DNA from: Octopus vulgaris | Lineage: Eukaryota | Length of the DNA: 64,000 nucleotides | Direction of reading: 5' to 3' | NCBI GenBank assembly: GCA_951406725.2 | Contig: OX597819.1 | Span: 131,254,001-131,318,000 of the forward strand | Part shown: piece by piece, positions 37,486-50,284 of the stretch | Layout of the letters: the number at the start of each line of letters is the position of its first letter | Numbering within the stretch: position 1 is the stretch's first letter | Translations under genes and position numbers: made by a program | Notes under the pieces: model-generated | The model's input: only the letters and a program-made list of their open reading frames with translations | Databases searched by the model: none | Told to the model about the DNA's origin: nothing

Positions 37486-37717
37486 TTATGTGTTGTGGTG
37501 TATCGATAAATTCCTGGTTCTGGTAGCTGTCCCTCGTCGCTCGTGGTGACCACTGCAGTATGTTGTACCAGTTCACGCCTCCGGTCAAATTGGCAACAAC
37601 ATTCTCGGTTGCGCGCCACATGCGCGTGGCATCCGCATACTGTCCCAACTTCGCCAAACCTGCAACTTTCTCCGCATACCTGTTCACCAAAGCGCGACCG
37701 TTCTCATCTACAAGAGA
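37486..37717 (-). CDS. SCPEP1: SCPEP1-like exon 7
   Basis: gtgaaAG|TCT...ATA A|GTaaaa. Translates SLVDENGRALVNRYAEKVAGLAKLGQYADATRMWRATENVVANLTGGVNWYNILQWSPRATRDSYQNQEFIDTPQHI (cf. GVNFYNIL). 232 nt, ends phase 1. Confidence 0.92.
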
Positions 37718-37762
37718 CTTTCACAATGAAAAGAGAGACAAATGAAGACAATGCCAAACACC

Positions 37763-38077
37763 ATTACTGCCACCACTACCACTACTAATACTACTACAAC
37801 TTACTGCTACTACTACTACTGCTGCTGCTACTGCTGCTACTACTACTACTGCTTCTACTACTACTGTTATTACTACTGCTGCTGCTGCTACTACTACTAC
37901 TACTACTACTGCTACTACTACTGCTGCTTCTACTACTACTGTTACTACTACTGCTGCTGCTGCTTTTACTACTACTACTACTACTATTGCTGCTACAACT
38001 ACTGCTTCTACTACTACTACTACTACTACTACTGCTGCTTCTACTGCTTCTACTGCTACTACTACTACTACTACTAC
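37763..38077. repeat. compound (TAC/TGC/TTC)n trinucleotide microsatellite
   Basis: Read directly; source of the spurious Tyr/Cys ORF. Confidence 0.95.
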
Positions 38078-38840
38078 ATCCTCATCATTTGACGTCTGCT
38101 TTCCCTGCTGGCATGGGTTGGGTGGTTTGACAGGAGCTGGTAAGGCTGGAGAGCTGCACCAGGGTCACAACTGTCTGCTTCGCCATGCTCCCTACAGCTG
38201 GGGTGCTCTTCCTAACGCCAACCATTCCACAGAATAAACTGGGTGCTTTTAGGTGACACCAGCAGGGCCACCCAAGAAGGATGCAAGACAAACATCCCCC
38301 CCCCCCTCACTCCAAGCTGTGAGAGGGAGACAGTGATCTTACTCGGCCCAAGGTGTCTTCTCAAGCACAGCAAATCACCAGAGATCTCGGTCCCTTGTGA
38401 TCCCCTCTATGGGGCTCAGCATCTGAATCAGTAACCTGTACTACTACTACTGCTGCTGCTGTTGTTAAGCAACAAGATGGGTAAGGGTGATTAGGTGATG
38501 GTCTAGGGCTTAGGGGCAGGAGGCCCCAGACCTTGGAAAAAAAATTTTTTAAAACTTTGGTTGTCTTGTAGTCGAGAGCTCTTCGTTGATGCCTGACACC
38601 ACTGGGAGGTGGCCCTCGAAGTCGCTGGAAATGGAGATCTCCAGGTCCAAATTCTTGGACGGCTGCTGCTGCTACTACTACTACTACTGCTGCAACAATC
38701 ATTACTTCCTCTGCAATTATTGGTTTTCTAACATTAGACCAGAGCCTTGAATTTGAAGTGAAGTCATTGGTACAACTAGCCTCAAGAGATCCCTATTTTA
38801 GTCAGATAAAAAAGCAATACCAATTTCTGAGGGATTAGAA

Positions 38841-39002
38841 CAGTGGTCCCCAACCTTTTCCCTACCAAGGACCCCTTTTATTTAAATGAGTTTTCCCACA
38901 GAACACAGGATATTGAAAAGTTTGTCAGCTTAACATATTCACAGACCCCCAGGGTCCACGGACCACCTGAGGTCCACAGACCACACAGGTTGGGAACCAC
39001 TG
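38841..39002. mobile_element. hAT MITE
   Basis: CAGTGGTCCCCAACCT...AGGTTGGGAACCACTG terminal repeats; 8-bp target duplication gattagaa/ggttagaa. Confidence 0.85.
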
Positions 39003-39125
39003 GGTTAGAATAGAAAACGATGAATGTAAATAGAGTGAGATATTTAATGAGTGTTTTACCATTTGTAAAAACTCAGAACTTGTTAAAAAATATATTAGTG
39101 TCAATAATAATAATAATATATTAAT

Positions 39126-39159
<34 letters not shown>

Positions 39160-39219
39160 GTGTCAAAATTAAAAGAAGAGTGCCATTGTTATCTAGTGAA
39201 TGGTATTTCGACTCTTTAA

Positions 39220-39436
39220 AGGCGGCGAGCTGGCAGAAACGTTCGCACGCCGGGCGAAATGCTTTGCGGTATCTCGTCCGCCGCTACGTTCTGAGTTCAT
39301 ATTCCGCCGAGGTCGACTTTGCCTTTCATCCTTTCGGGGTCGATTAAATAAGTACCAGTTACGCACTGGGGTCGATGTCTGTCCTTGTTTGTCCCCTCTG
39401 TGTTTAGCCCCTTGTGGATAGTAAAGAAATAGGTAT
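39220..39436 (+). mobile_element. SINE family B (central domain resembles the MetaSINE/Sauria-type core)
   Basis: aggcggcgagctggcagaaacg...gagttca..ttcc...gactttgcctttcatcctttcggggtcgat..aataagtaccag. Confidence 0.8.
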
Positions 39437-40238
39437 TCCGACTCTTTTAATTTAGACTATTTCTTCAAGAGGAATTACCTCAATCCTTTCTATATTAACC
39501 AAAATGAAGTTGATTGACACAATTATTTTTTGAACCAGTTGAAGACACACAAGATGTCAAAATATCGTTCACTAAATAACAATGGCATGATTCTTTTAGT
39601 TTTGACTCTACATCTTCAGGAGGAGTTACCTCAATCCTTTTTATATTAATAATAATAATAATCCTTTCTGCTATAGGCACAACACCTGACATTTGGGGAA
39701 GGGGTTTAGTAAATTACATGAAACCCCAGTGTATGACTGGTATTTTATTTTATCAACCCTGAAAAGATAAAAGGGGAATGTTGATGGATTTGACCCCAAA
39801 AGCAAAGAACTGGAAGAAATACTGCTAAGCATTTTGTTTGATGTGCTAAGGGGTCTCCCAGCTGGCCAGTGGCAGCAACAACAACAATAACAGCAGAAGC
39901 TGGAGTAAAGTTTCCAATTTGCTGAGATCTTTGGGTGACCCCTAGAACAATCCACATAAAAGAAAAAGCAGCAGCCACAACAACAACAACAACACCCTTT
40001 TTACACTTGTTCACCTCCACAAATCTGCAAAAGGAAGTTAAGAGCCAACTGGGTTGACTCAGAGTTTCACAGCAGAGAACCATTTCATCACTGATCAATT
40101 ACAGGAATCAATAAATGATTGGAACCATCACAATAGTCAAATTATTATTCCAAAAGTGTTACTTTGCTTTTTGTAAATTTTATATAAATTTCAGGTCTTT
40201 GATTATCCTCTGAACTTTGATCACAATTCTTCAATAAT

Positions 40239-41493
40239 AGGAGTGGCTGCAAGGCAAAGGAGTGGCTGCAAGGCAAAGGAGTGGCTGCAAGGCAAAGGAG
40301 TGGCTGCGAGGCAAAGGAGTGGCTGCGAGGCACAGGAGTGGCTGCGAGGCACAGGAGTGGCTGTGAGGCACAGGAGTGGCTGCAAGGCAAAGGAGTGGCT
40401 GCAAGGCAAAGGAATGGCTGCAAGGCAAAGGAGTGGCTGCGAGGCACAGGAGTGGCTGCGAGGCAAAGGAGTGGCTGCGAGGCAAAGGAGTGGCTGCGAG
40501 GCAAAGGAGTGGCTGCGAGGCACAGGAGTGGCTGCGAGGCAAGGGAGTGGCTGCGAGGCAAGGGAGTGGCTGCGAGGCAAGGGAGTGGCTGCGAGGCAAG
40601 GGAGTGGCTGCGAGGCAAGGGAGTGGCTGTGAAGCACAGGAGTGGCTGTGAAGCACAGGAGTGGCTGTGAGGCAAGGTAGTGGCTGTGAGGCAAGGGAGT
40701 GGCTGTGAGGCACAGGAGTGGCTGTGAGGCACAGGAGTGGCTGTGAGGCACAGGAGTGGCTGTGAGGCAAGGGAGTGGCTGTGAGGCAAGGGAGTGGCTG
40801 TGAGGCACAGGAGTGGCTGTGAGGCACAGGAGTGGCTGTGAGGCACAGGGAGTGGCTGTGAGGCAAAGGAGTGGCTGTGAGGCACAGGAGTGGCTGTGAG
40901 GCACAGGAGTGGCTGTGAGGCACAGGAGTGGCTGTGAGGCACAGGAGTGGCTGTGAGGCAAAGGAGTGGCTGTGAGGCACAGGAGTGGCTGTGAGGCACA
41001 GGAGTGGCTGTGAAGCACAGGAGTGGCTGTGAAGCACAGGAGTGGCTGTGAAGCACAGGAGTGGCTGTGAAGCACAGGAGTGGCTGTGAAGCACAGGAGT
41101 GGCTGTGAGGCACAGGAGTGGCTGTGAAGCACAGGAGTGGCTGTGAAGCACAGGAGTGGCTGTGAAGCACAGGAGTGGCTGTGAAGCACAGGAGTGGCTG
41201 TGAGGCACAGGAGTGGCTGCGAGGCACAGGAGTGGCTGTGAGGCAAGGGAGTGGCTGTGAGGCAAGGAAGTGGCTGTGAGGCAAGGAAGTGGCTGTGAGG
41301 CAAGGAAGTGGCTGTGAGGCACAGGAGTGGCAATGAGGCACAGGAGTGGCTGTGAGGCACAGGAGTGGCTGTGAGGCAAAGGAGTGGCTGTGAGGCAAGG
41401 GAGTGGCTGTGAGGCACAGGAGTGGCTGTGAGGCACAGGAGTGGCTGTGAGGCACAGGAGTGGCTGTGAGGCACAGGAGTGGCTGTGAGGCAA
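40239..41493. repeat. 19-bp minisatellite, about 66 units
   Basis: Unit aggagtggctgYRaRgcaM read directly; abuts the SINE A head at 41494. Confidence 0.97.
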
Positions 41494-41866
41494 AGGAGTG
41501 GATGTGTGGTAAGTAGCCTGCTTCCCCACCACATGGTTCCGGGTTCAGTCCCACTGCATAGCACCTCAAGCAAGTGTCTTCTACTATAGCCTCATGCCGA
41601 CCAAAGCCTTTTGAGTAGATTTGGTAGACGGAAACTGAAAGAAGCCCATTGTGTGTATGTATATATATGTGTGTGTGTGTGTGTTTGTCCCCCACCATCA
41701 CTTGACAACCGGTGCTGGTGTGTTTACACCCCCATAACTTAGCAGTTTGGGAAAAGAACTGATAGAATAAGTATTAGGCTTACAAAGAATAAGTCCTGGG
41801 GTCGATTTGTTTGACTAAAGGTGGTGCTCCAGCATGGCTGCAGTCAAATGACTGAAACAAATAAAA
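41494..41866 (+). mobile_element. SINE family A, full length
   Basis: aggagtggatgtgtggtaagtagc...gggttcagtccc...tgactgaaacaa. Confidence 0.88.
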
Positions 41867-42939
41867 GCGATGAATGAAAACTTTGGAATCTGTTTTTCTT
41901 CCTGATGTTTGGTCCATGGTTACAGGAAACATTTTTGTTGTAGGAAAATTTGCCAATTAATTGAAAAAAAAAAAATGAAGTTGTGAAGAGATGCAGCAAA
42001 GATGAAGAAGAAGTTTAGCGATATTGATGCAGCACTTCAGAGAGAAATGCTTTGAAACGATCCTCAGCAAAAAGTACATCATAGGAATCAGGCATGAGCT
42101 ATCAGTAATTACTCAGGGTAAGCAGTCGGTGGCCTTTATGTAGTAAAACACAAAAAATAAGTGAAACACAGGTGCAGGACTGAGTTGGAGGCAGATTTAC
42201 TTCTGCCTTTATAAAGAAAATGTTGTTGTAGGAATGTACGCAGCATGTGTACTACGGCAGTATTATGCGTAGCTTCAATACTGAGATTGAAAAGCAGGAG
42301 TGAATTATGCCTACTTAATCTACAGAAGAAATAAGATCTTTTGCAATTTATGCAGAGTAATCAGAGTAATGTTCATAATTTTATTGAATTAGGTGCATAT
42401 TTTGCCATCAAAGGAAAATGTTGCTATTGATCTATTTTATCAAGGTAGGCACTGCTTACCTTACCTCCCCAGGCAGTACGTCCCTGCTAAGAATTGTCGT
42501 ACATTTTAAATGACCTAATCGCCTTTTTTTTTTTAATGTTTGACGTTGAATAAAGACTTTCCTATTTAATGCTTTTATAAACCCTTTAAATTGTTGTTCG
42601 TATTTTTGATATCATTTGCTTTGCCATTGGCCATATGGGGAATTTTTCTTACGCTGAATTTTCGTATTCAGTGAAATTTCTTAGAATTTCTTATGGCAGA
42701 TTTACTCCTGGCAAAAATGTCTGCAGCAAATTTTCTGGAGAAGCTTGGCAGATGCTTTGCAAGTACTCAATCCAATAAAGGCCACAGAAACTCACCTCCT
42801 GAGGCTTGTGACATCATGGTCTTGGTTTACTAAAGGCTGGCAGCAAAACGATAAGATTGGGAATTAACGAAGGATAATTAGTGGACAAAGCAAAAGATAT
42901 TTATTCACAGAGGCACCACATGAATTATTGGTTTTCATC

Positions 42940-43265
42940 TTTCATTTGTTTCAGTTGTTAGACTGTGGCCATGCTGGGGCACCACCTTGAAGAATTTTTA
43001 GTGAAATGAATCGACTCCAGGACCTGCTGCTCATTCTATCAGTCTCTTTTGCCAAACTGCTAAGTTACGGAGAAGTAAACACACCAACACTAGTTGTCAA
43101 GTGGTGGTAGGGGGGGGGGGGGGCAAACACACACAATGGGCTTCTTTTAGTTTCCATTTACTAAATCCACTCACAAGGCTTTGGAGCCTAAGACTATAGT
43201 AGAAGACATTTGGCCAAGGTACAACGCAGTGGGACTGAACCTGGAACCATGTGGTTGGGAAGCAA
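42940..43265 (-). mobile_element. SINE family A
   Basis: Matches family A consensus on the minus strand. Confidence 0.78.
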
Positions 43266-43582
43266 AGAGCCTGCACTTTTGTTGGGTTCATCAGTCGGGG
43301 GTCGCATTTACTGAGGAGACACACAATACACTCAAAACATTACAGTGTCATGGAATGCCCTCCACCACTGAATTGCCCATTGTCTAAAGTGATGAGAGGA
43401 CATTCCCTGATGGCAAGAATCAAGAGTATCGGATTATTCCCATTCCAATCTGCCGGAACACATCGGGAACGGAAAAGTAAGGCATTGCTAAAAAGATATT
43501 TCTCATTTCCAATGTTCCTTTTAACACGGGAGACAGACTTTAAATGGTGATGAATTTATATGCCTATAATAAGAACAACACT

Positions 43583-44152
43583 GGTTTCGAATTTTGACAC
43601 AAGGCCAGCAATTTTGGAGGTGGGAGTAAGTCAATTACATCGACCCCAGTACTCATCTGGTACTTAATTTTATCAACCCTGAAAGGATGAAAGGCAAAGT
43701 CGACCTCTGCAGGATTTGAACCCAGAACATAAAAGCGAAAGAAAAGTCGCTAAGCATTTTGCCAGCATGCTAATGACTCTGCCAGCTTGCTGCTTTAAAT
43801 ATAATCCTTCCTGCTGTAGGCACAAGGGTGGGGAGGGGCTAAGTTGACTACATCAACCCCAGTCTCCAGCTGGTACTTAACGCTGAAAGAATGAAAGGCA
43901 AAGTTGACCTCAGAAAGTAAAAACAAACAAAATACCTATTTCTTTATTACCCACAAGGGGCTAAACACAGAGGGGACAAACAAAGACAGACATAGGTATT
44001 AAGTCGATTACATCGACCCCAGTGCGTAACTGGTACTTAATTTATCGACCCCGAAAGGATGAAAGGCAAAGTCGACCTCGGCGGAATTTGAACTCACAAC
44101 GTAACGCAGATGAAATACCGCTAAGCATTTCACCCGACGTGCTAACGTTTCT
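43583..44152 (-). mobile_element. cluster of SINE family B copies
   Basis: Repeated gaaaggatgaaaggcaaagtcgacctc core. Confidence 0.8.
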
Positions 44153-44397
44153 ACCATTAAGCATTTTGCTCTACAAGCTAATGGTTCTACCAGCTCACCA
44201 CCACCACCACAAGAAGAGGAGGAGGAGAAGAAGATTCTATCTGGGCCCACCTGCAAAGTCATGCATTATCTTGATTACCATGTCACACGCACATGGTTGT
44301 GATGCATGTGCCTGGTGTACCCTTATCAGACGGGTAGTCATGATGGGTATACTGGGCTTCATATGTCACTTTAATGGCATGCACTGCCCTCTCACTC

Positions 44398-44399
<2 letters not shown>

Positions 44400-44441
<42 letters not shown>

Positions 44442-45117
44442 AAACTGAAATACAAAAGATTTGGCATCTTAAAGTGAGAAGTGTTATTGTGGGTGCCCTA
44501 AGTATGATAAGATAGGGATGTCAAAAGCATCTAGGTAATATCCCAGGAGAACCATATCTCAGAGAAATCCAAAAGATTCTGCTGACAAGTACTGCCCACT
44601 TTCCTTAGAAAAGCCCTCTCCATTTAAATGTCTGTGTTGTATTACATGAAAATATTTCGCTACTGCCCCTCCCCAAGCTTTCAGTCATACTCTAACATCT
44701 CTTATCCTTCACTCGCTCTAGGATGCTGGGTGTGTTTTGGCAAGTGATTGTAACAGACATGCAAATTAAAAGTAAATGATAATAATAGTCAAGAAGGAAG
44801 ATGAAAAGATAGATTGATACCACCCGCTTAAGTACAAAACAGTACGGAAAATGAAGGTGAAGATAGTGCCAATTATTGTTGGGTCCTTGGGAACAGTATC
44901 AGAAGGCATCAAGGGGAATATAAAGGAAATTGGAATAGAGTGCCCAGTAGAACCTTTACAAAAGATTTGCTCTCTTGGCACGGCCAGAATAATCGAGAAA
45001 GTAATACATAGCTGAAAAGAACGGATAGCATGGTACTGTAGGCTGCAGGTTAGTAAGCCCACTACACATGCAAGATACCAGGAGCCCCAACAAAACCTGT
45101 GATATAATAATGATGAT

Positions 45118-45162
<45 letters not shown>
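44400..45162 (+). mobile_element. two Dong/R4-like retrotransposon 3' fragments flanked by (TAA)n
   Basis: KTEIQKIWHLKVRSVIVGAL...REIQKILLTSTAH and KVKIVPIIVGSLGTV...LQKICSLGTARII; (AAT)n tracts at ~44398-44439 and ~45119-45161. Confidence 0.7.
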
Positions 45163-45254
45163 TGTAACATTTTCATTTATACTTTATTCAATGCTTTTAA
45201 CTTGCTGTGCTGTCCATTGATGAGGATAGAATAGATCACCATAAAAATACTTAC

Positions 45255-45365
45255 CATAGTGTGAAGGAACGGCGCCCAAGATAACACAATCTTTGATGGA
45301 TCTATCCAGGAGTCTCCCATGGCCAATCCACGAAAGTTACATTTCAATTCCCCATTTTGGATAGC
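45255..45365 (-). CDS. SCPEP1: SCPEP1-like exon 6
   Basis: aatgtcAG|GCT...ATG|GTaagt. Translates AIQNGELKCNFRGLAMGDSWIDPSKIVLSWAPFLHTM. Absent from the ORF track. Confidence 0.95.
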
Positions 45366-45413
45366 CTGACATTAAAAAAAAAGGTTACATTAGAAAGGAG
45401 CTGAGCAAAGACA

Positions 45414-47420
45414 ATCATCATCATCGTTTAGCGTCCGTTTTCCATGCTAGCATGGGTTGGACGGTTCTACTGGGGTCTGTGAAGCCAGAAGGCTTCATCA
45501 GGGCCAGTCAAATCTGGCAGTGTTTCTACGGCTGGATGCCCTTCCTAACGCCAACCACTCCGAGAGTGTAGTGGGTGCTTTTTACGTGCCACCCGCACAG
45601 GTGCCAGACAGAGCTGGCAAACGGCCACGAACGGATGGTGCTTTTTATGTGCCAGGCGAGGCTGGCAATGGACACGAAATGGGGCGGTGCTGGCAACGGT
45701 CGTGAAACGGAAGGTTCTCTTACATGCCACCAGCACTGGTAACACATCTGCAATTTCCATTGATCGATTTCGATTCTGATCCTCACTTGCCTCAACAGGT
45801 CTTCACAAGTAGAGTTTTGTGTCCCAAGAAGGGGAGGTATGCATACGTAGGCTGGCTCCATCCCATGTAGAAGGCCACGGGTTATGGACTCACTTGTCCT
45901 GCCGGGTCTTCTCGCGCACAGCACACTTCCAGAGGACTCGGTCTCTAGTCATTTCCTCAGTGAGACCTAAAGTTCGAAGGTCGTGCTTCGCCACCTCGTC
46001 CCAGGTTTTCCTGTGTCTGCCTCTTCCACAGGTTCCCTCAACCGCTAGGGTGTGGCACTTTTTCACACAACTATCTTCATCCATTCTCACCACATGACCA
46101 TACCAGCGCAAACGTCTCTCTTGCACACCACAACTGATGCTTCTTAGGTCCAGCTTTTCTCTCAAGGTACTTACACTCTGCCGAGTATGAGTACTGACAT
46201 TACACATCCATCGGAGTATACTGGCTTCATTTCTAGCGAGCTTACGCATATCCTCAGCAGTCACAGCCCATGTTTCACTGCCATGTAGCATGGCTGTTCG
46301 TACACACGCATCATACAGTCTGCCTTTCACTCTGTGCGAGAGGCCTTTTGTCACCAGCAGAGGTAAGAGCTCTCTGAACTTTGCCCAAGCTATTCTTACT
46401 CTAGCAGTTACACTTTCAGCACACCCGCCCCCGCTGCTGACTTGGTCACCTAGGTAACAGAAACTATCAACTATTTCTAGTTTTTCTCCCTGGAAAGTGA
46501 CGGAAGTTGGTCTCAGAGCATTTTCAGTGTTTATTGTTCCTGAGCATCTGCCACATACAAAAACCATCTTCCTAGTTAGCCTTCCTTTGACATTGCTGCA
46601 CCTTTTATGTGTCCATAGCTTACACTTGGTGCATCTTATAGAGTTTCTACCTACACCTTTTCTACAGATCGAGCAGGGCCATCTACCTGAAGGCGTTTGT
46701 GATTTGTCTACCTTCCTACTGATTACGAACTTTGGTTTTAGCTAGATTGACTTTGAGGCCCTTCGATTCTAATCCTTGTTTCCACACCTGAAACTTCTCC
46801 TCCAGTTCTGATAGCGACTCAGCAATTAGAGCAAGGTCATCAGCATAGAGGAGCTCCCAAGGGCATCCTGTCTTGAATTCCTCCGTTATTGCCTGGAGGA
46901 CTATGATAAATAGGAGGGGGCTGAGTACTGAGCCTTGGTGGACCCCTACCTCTACCCGGAATTCTTCACTGTACTCGTTTCCAACCCTCACCCTACTTTC
47001 ACTAACCATTCATCTATCCCTAGTTTCCTCGTTGCCCACCAGATAAGGGATCGGGGGACCCTGTCGAAGGCTTTCTCCATGTCAACAAAAGCCAGGTACA
47101 GGGGCTTATCTTTGGCTAGGTATTTCTCCTGCAGCTGCCTTACCAGGAATATAGCATCAGTAGTACTTTTCCCTGGCACAAACCCAAACTGCATCTCATC
47201 TAAACTAACTCTCTAATTAGTTGGGCTATGACCCTCTCCGTAACCTTCATCACCTGGTCCAACAGCTTGATACCTCTGTAGTTATTTGTATCTAGGGCGT
47301 CACCTTTACCTTTGTAGCAGTTGACTATTATGCTGCTACACCAGTCATTGGGTATGACTCCTTTGTGCATCACCTGATTAACTATACGGGGTGACTAGGC
47401 TATAGCCGACACTACCAGCC
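45414..47420 (-). mobile_element. 5'-truncated RTE LINE, same sense as SCPEP1, in intron 5
   Basis: ORFs 46988-47194, 46716-47009 and 45890-46567 give RT motifs (LLYADDL) through ...REKTRQDK*, then 3'UTR and tail. Confidence 0.93.
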
Positions 47421-47721
47421 CCGCGTAAAACAGGTTTTTATGCTAGAAAGGGGTTGAGTAAAGGCAGCTGGATTAGAAAGAGGTCAAGTAGATACAGCTT
47501 GATAAAACATGGTGTCGTTAAAGATAATAATCACCATCTGTAAGTTGAGGTTTTTGGAGATAATGAGTTTTTAACTAAAGGTGTGGGGAGGGGCACAAGA
47601 AGGAAAACAAAAAAGAAAGAAACTGATAGAAGAAAGTAATGGGGGGAATAAAAGAAAGAAAAGAGAAAAATGAAGGAAAACATATGAAAACAGGGGGTAT
47701 CAAAAAAGATTAAAAAAATAA

Positions 47722-47774
<53 letters not shown>

Positions 47775-47982
47775 AAATGAGAAAGAGAAGAAACGATGTG
47801 GAATGGTTTTTCTGGTACCACTCCAGAGCCATTCTTCAAGACAACATATTCACCATTTTACCTGCAAGAACTACAAAACCTTTGCACAATTCCCTTGTAA
47901 ATTTCTGTAAAATAATGTTTAAAAATTGTATTTCCAATAAAATATAATCAAAAAAAGGGAAACAAAAATGGTAAGAACTTAC

Positions 47983-48057
47983 TTTCCAGAGACGCAAGCT
48001 GAACACTGAAGCCATTTTGCCACCGTAAGACTCAGAAAAGATATACAATGGAACTTT
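47983..48057 (-). CDS. SCPEP1: SCPEP1-like exon 5 (catalytic Ser)
   Basis: ccttctAG|AAA...AAA|GTaagt. Translates KVPLYIFSESYGGKMASVFSLRLWK (SESYGG nucleophile elbow). Confidence 0.96.
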
Positions 48058-48341
48058 CTAGAAGGAACAGAAAATAATAAAAAGAAAGGGGGGAAAAAAA
48101 GGAAATAATTATCAGAGGGAATAAAAATGAGATTTTATGGTGTTCATGCCTTTCTCATGAGAAATAAGAATGTAGGACTAATGTTTCACTCAGAATGTAA
48201 AATATTTCAACAGAAAATAACTATTACTACCACTTTTACTACTACTACTACTACTACTACTAGTACTACTACAATGAGCAAAACAAGAAATCTTTAAGCT
48301 CTCACTCAGCCTGCTAAATATAGCAGCCAAAACTGCTTTAA

Positions 48342-48560
48342 CCCTTTAGCATTCAGATTATTCTGTCAAATATAATATTTATTCATCCATATTGTTTTAA
48401 GCTAATCATACATTATTTCGTAGCTTTAAGATTTCCATGATGTTATCACCTGTTTTTAGATTGACATTATAGGTTGGTGTGAGATACCAAATCTGGGCAG
48501 TTTTAACAGAAAACAGGTAGATTATTTGGGCCGGATATGGCCGGTTTAAACACTAAAGGG
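48342..48560. mobile_element. piggyBac-type MITE, family 2
   Basis: TTAA|CCCTTTAGCATT...AACACTAAAGGG|TTAA. Confidence 0.82.
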
Positions 48561-48929
48561 TTAAGTCATCATACATCTAAAAAAAGAAAAAAACACAGTG
48601 TATTGTATAATGATGATGGCAATGTGGTTTTGTTGTTTGTCCCCGACAAACTCTTAATGGAATTTGTCCCATGGTCTTCAGGTATTAAACCAAAAGAATT
48701 GGTACAACCTGCAGAGGTAGAGTTGAAGCTAGTCCATGTTTCCACCCAACTAAAGAGCATATTACACACCCTGAAACACATGACTTGTATAAAGGACAGA
48801 GTGACCAGTGACCATCCAGACATGTTGTTCTCTCTTTATTGTCCAGTTTATTTTAGAATGAATGGAGACTCTGGTGGTGAGGACAGTGAAAGTGAACCTG
48901 GTCAGATTGCACTTATTGTTGGCTGAGTG

Positions 48930-49510
48930 CACCACAGCACAATGCATGGAGTTAGGGAGACAGTTCATGCTGAGGCTGAGTTTTAGGGTATAGTTGTAGT
49001 TCTGATTTTGGGTACTGTGGATGGGGTCTCTAGAGTTTGGCAAGGGTTGTGATGTTTGAAGTACAGGTTTGGGAAGTTTGTGAAGGTTTCAATCAAAGAA
49101 AGTCTGAGAAAGTTCCTTCTGGTACTTCTGGTATTCAAGAAATTGCAAAATCTGGAATGTGTTCTTTTTGTACACAATATCGCCATGGTGATAGAACTGT
49201 TTACTTTCTGGCATTTGGTGTTGTTTCTTAAAACAAGGAGTGGGGGAGGGGGAACATTTAAAAATAGAGCGAAGGGAATTAATTTAAAAGCTTTGCTAAT
49301 CTAGAGCGGATTTAGAATAGTTGTATGTGAGCTTCTTTTATTTTGTGGAGTTTTTAAGCTGTTGTATGTCCTTTTCTGTGAAGTGTATGATTAGTGTGGT
49401 GATGTAGTGGACTGAATCCATGTCCTGATTTCCAAATGGGAATGTATGTGGCATAGTGATATCAAGAACGGGTTTTTTTAAAGTTTTCTTTTAAGAACAT
49501 TCATAGAAAG
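48930..49510 (-). mobile_element. possible degenerate Penelope-like element fragment
   Basis: TRSTRRNFLRL and TLKLSLSMNCLPNS loosely resemble the Penelope linker ...FLKL...KLSYSCMPNM; heavily frameshifted. Confidence 0.35.
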
Positions 49511-50284
49511 GTAATGGGGTTCGCATAAGGTTACCTCAGTTACAGTTTTGCTTGGCACAGTCTAACCCATGCCAGCAAGGAACACAGATGTTAAATAATG
49601 ATTAGCCTGACTTTCAGATTTCATGAATTTTATAGTTTTGCTTGCAAAATGCTGTAGAATCCACAGCCTCATCATTTTTTAAAGTCCACTTTTTCCTTGC
49701 TTGCATTGATCAGAGAAAACCTTTTGAGGTAGATTCTTCTATGGCTGGAAAACTCTTCTTGTCACCAACACGTCACCTATTTCCTACTAAGGTAAGATCT
49801 TCCCATTGTTCTTCAAACACAAACAACTCAATGTCTGGACAATTTTTCACAGAAGATTATAAACAAATTTCACTGTTTTTGAATGAGCCGTGAGTGTTTA
49901 CAATCAGTATAGAACTGTCGAGGCAGGGAGAGACACACAAATTATTTATTTTTTTTATAGTTTACATCCAGCAAATCCACCCACATGGAATTGGTTGGCC
50001 CAGGGTTACAGGAGAAGACACATGCCCAAGGTGCCATGCAGCAGGACTGAACCTAAAACCAAATAGTTGTAAAAAGAAATTCTTGATTACATGGCTCTGT
50101 CCAACCTATGCTAGCATGGAAAATGGACGTTAAACGATGATGATGATGACGGCCATGCTGGAACCTCTGATGTGGAAAAACCATTATTTGGTTTTCAGGT
50201 TTCCCCACTAATGCACACACACACTTCTATGGTCCCACACAGTAGAAAGAGAAATGGCAAAGACACTATGAAACTAGAATATGA

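Noticed and set aside
37742-38092. Tyr/Cys-rich protein
   Set aside because: Translation of the (TAC/TGC)n microsatellite.
38560-38665. GC-rich stretch after ttgtAG resembling an exon
   Set aside because: No recognisable protein or strong donor, and the SCPEP1 frame is complete without it.
40145-41701. Long ORFs of 433-518 aa
   Set aside because: Artefacts of the stop-free 19-bp minisatellite plus the antisense SINE.
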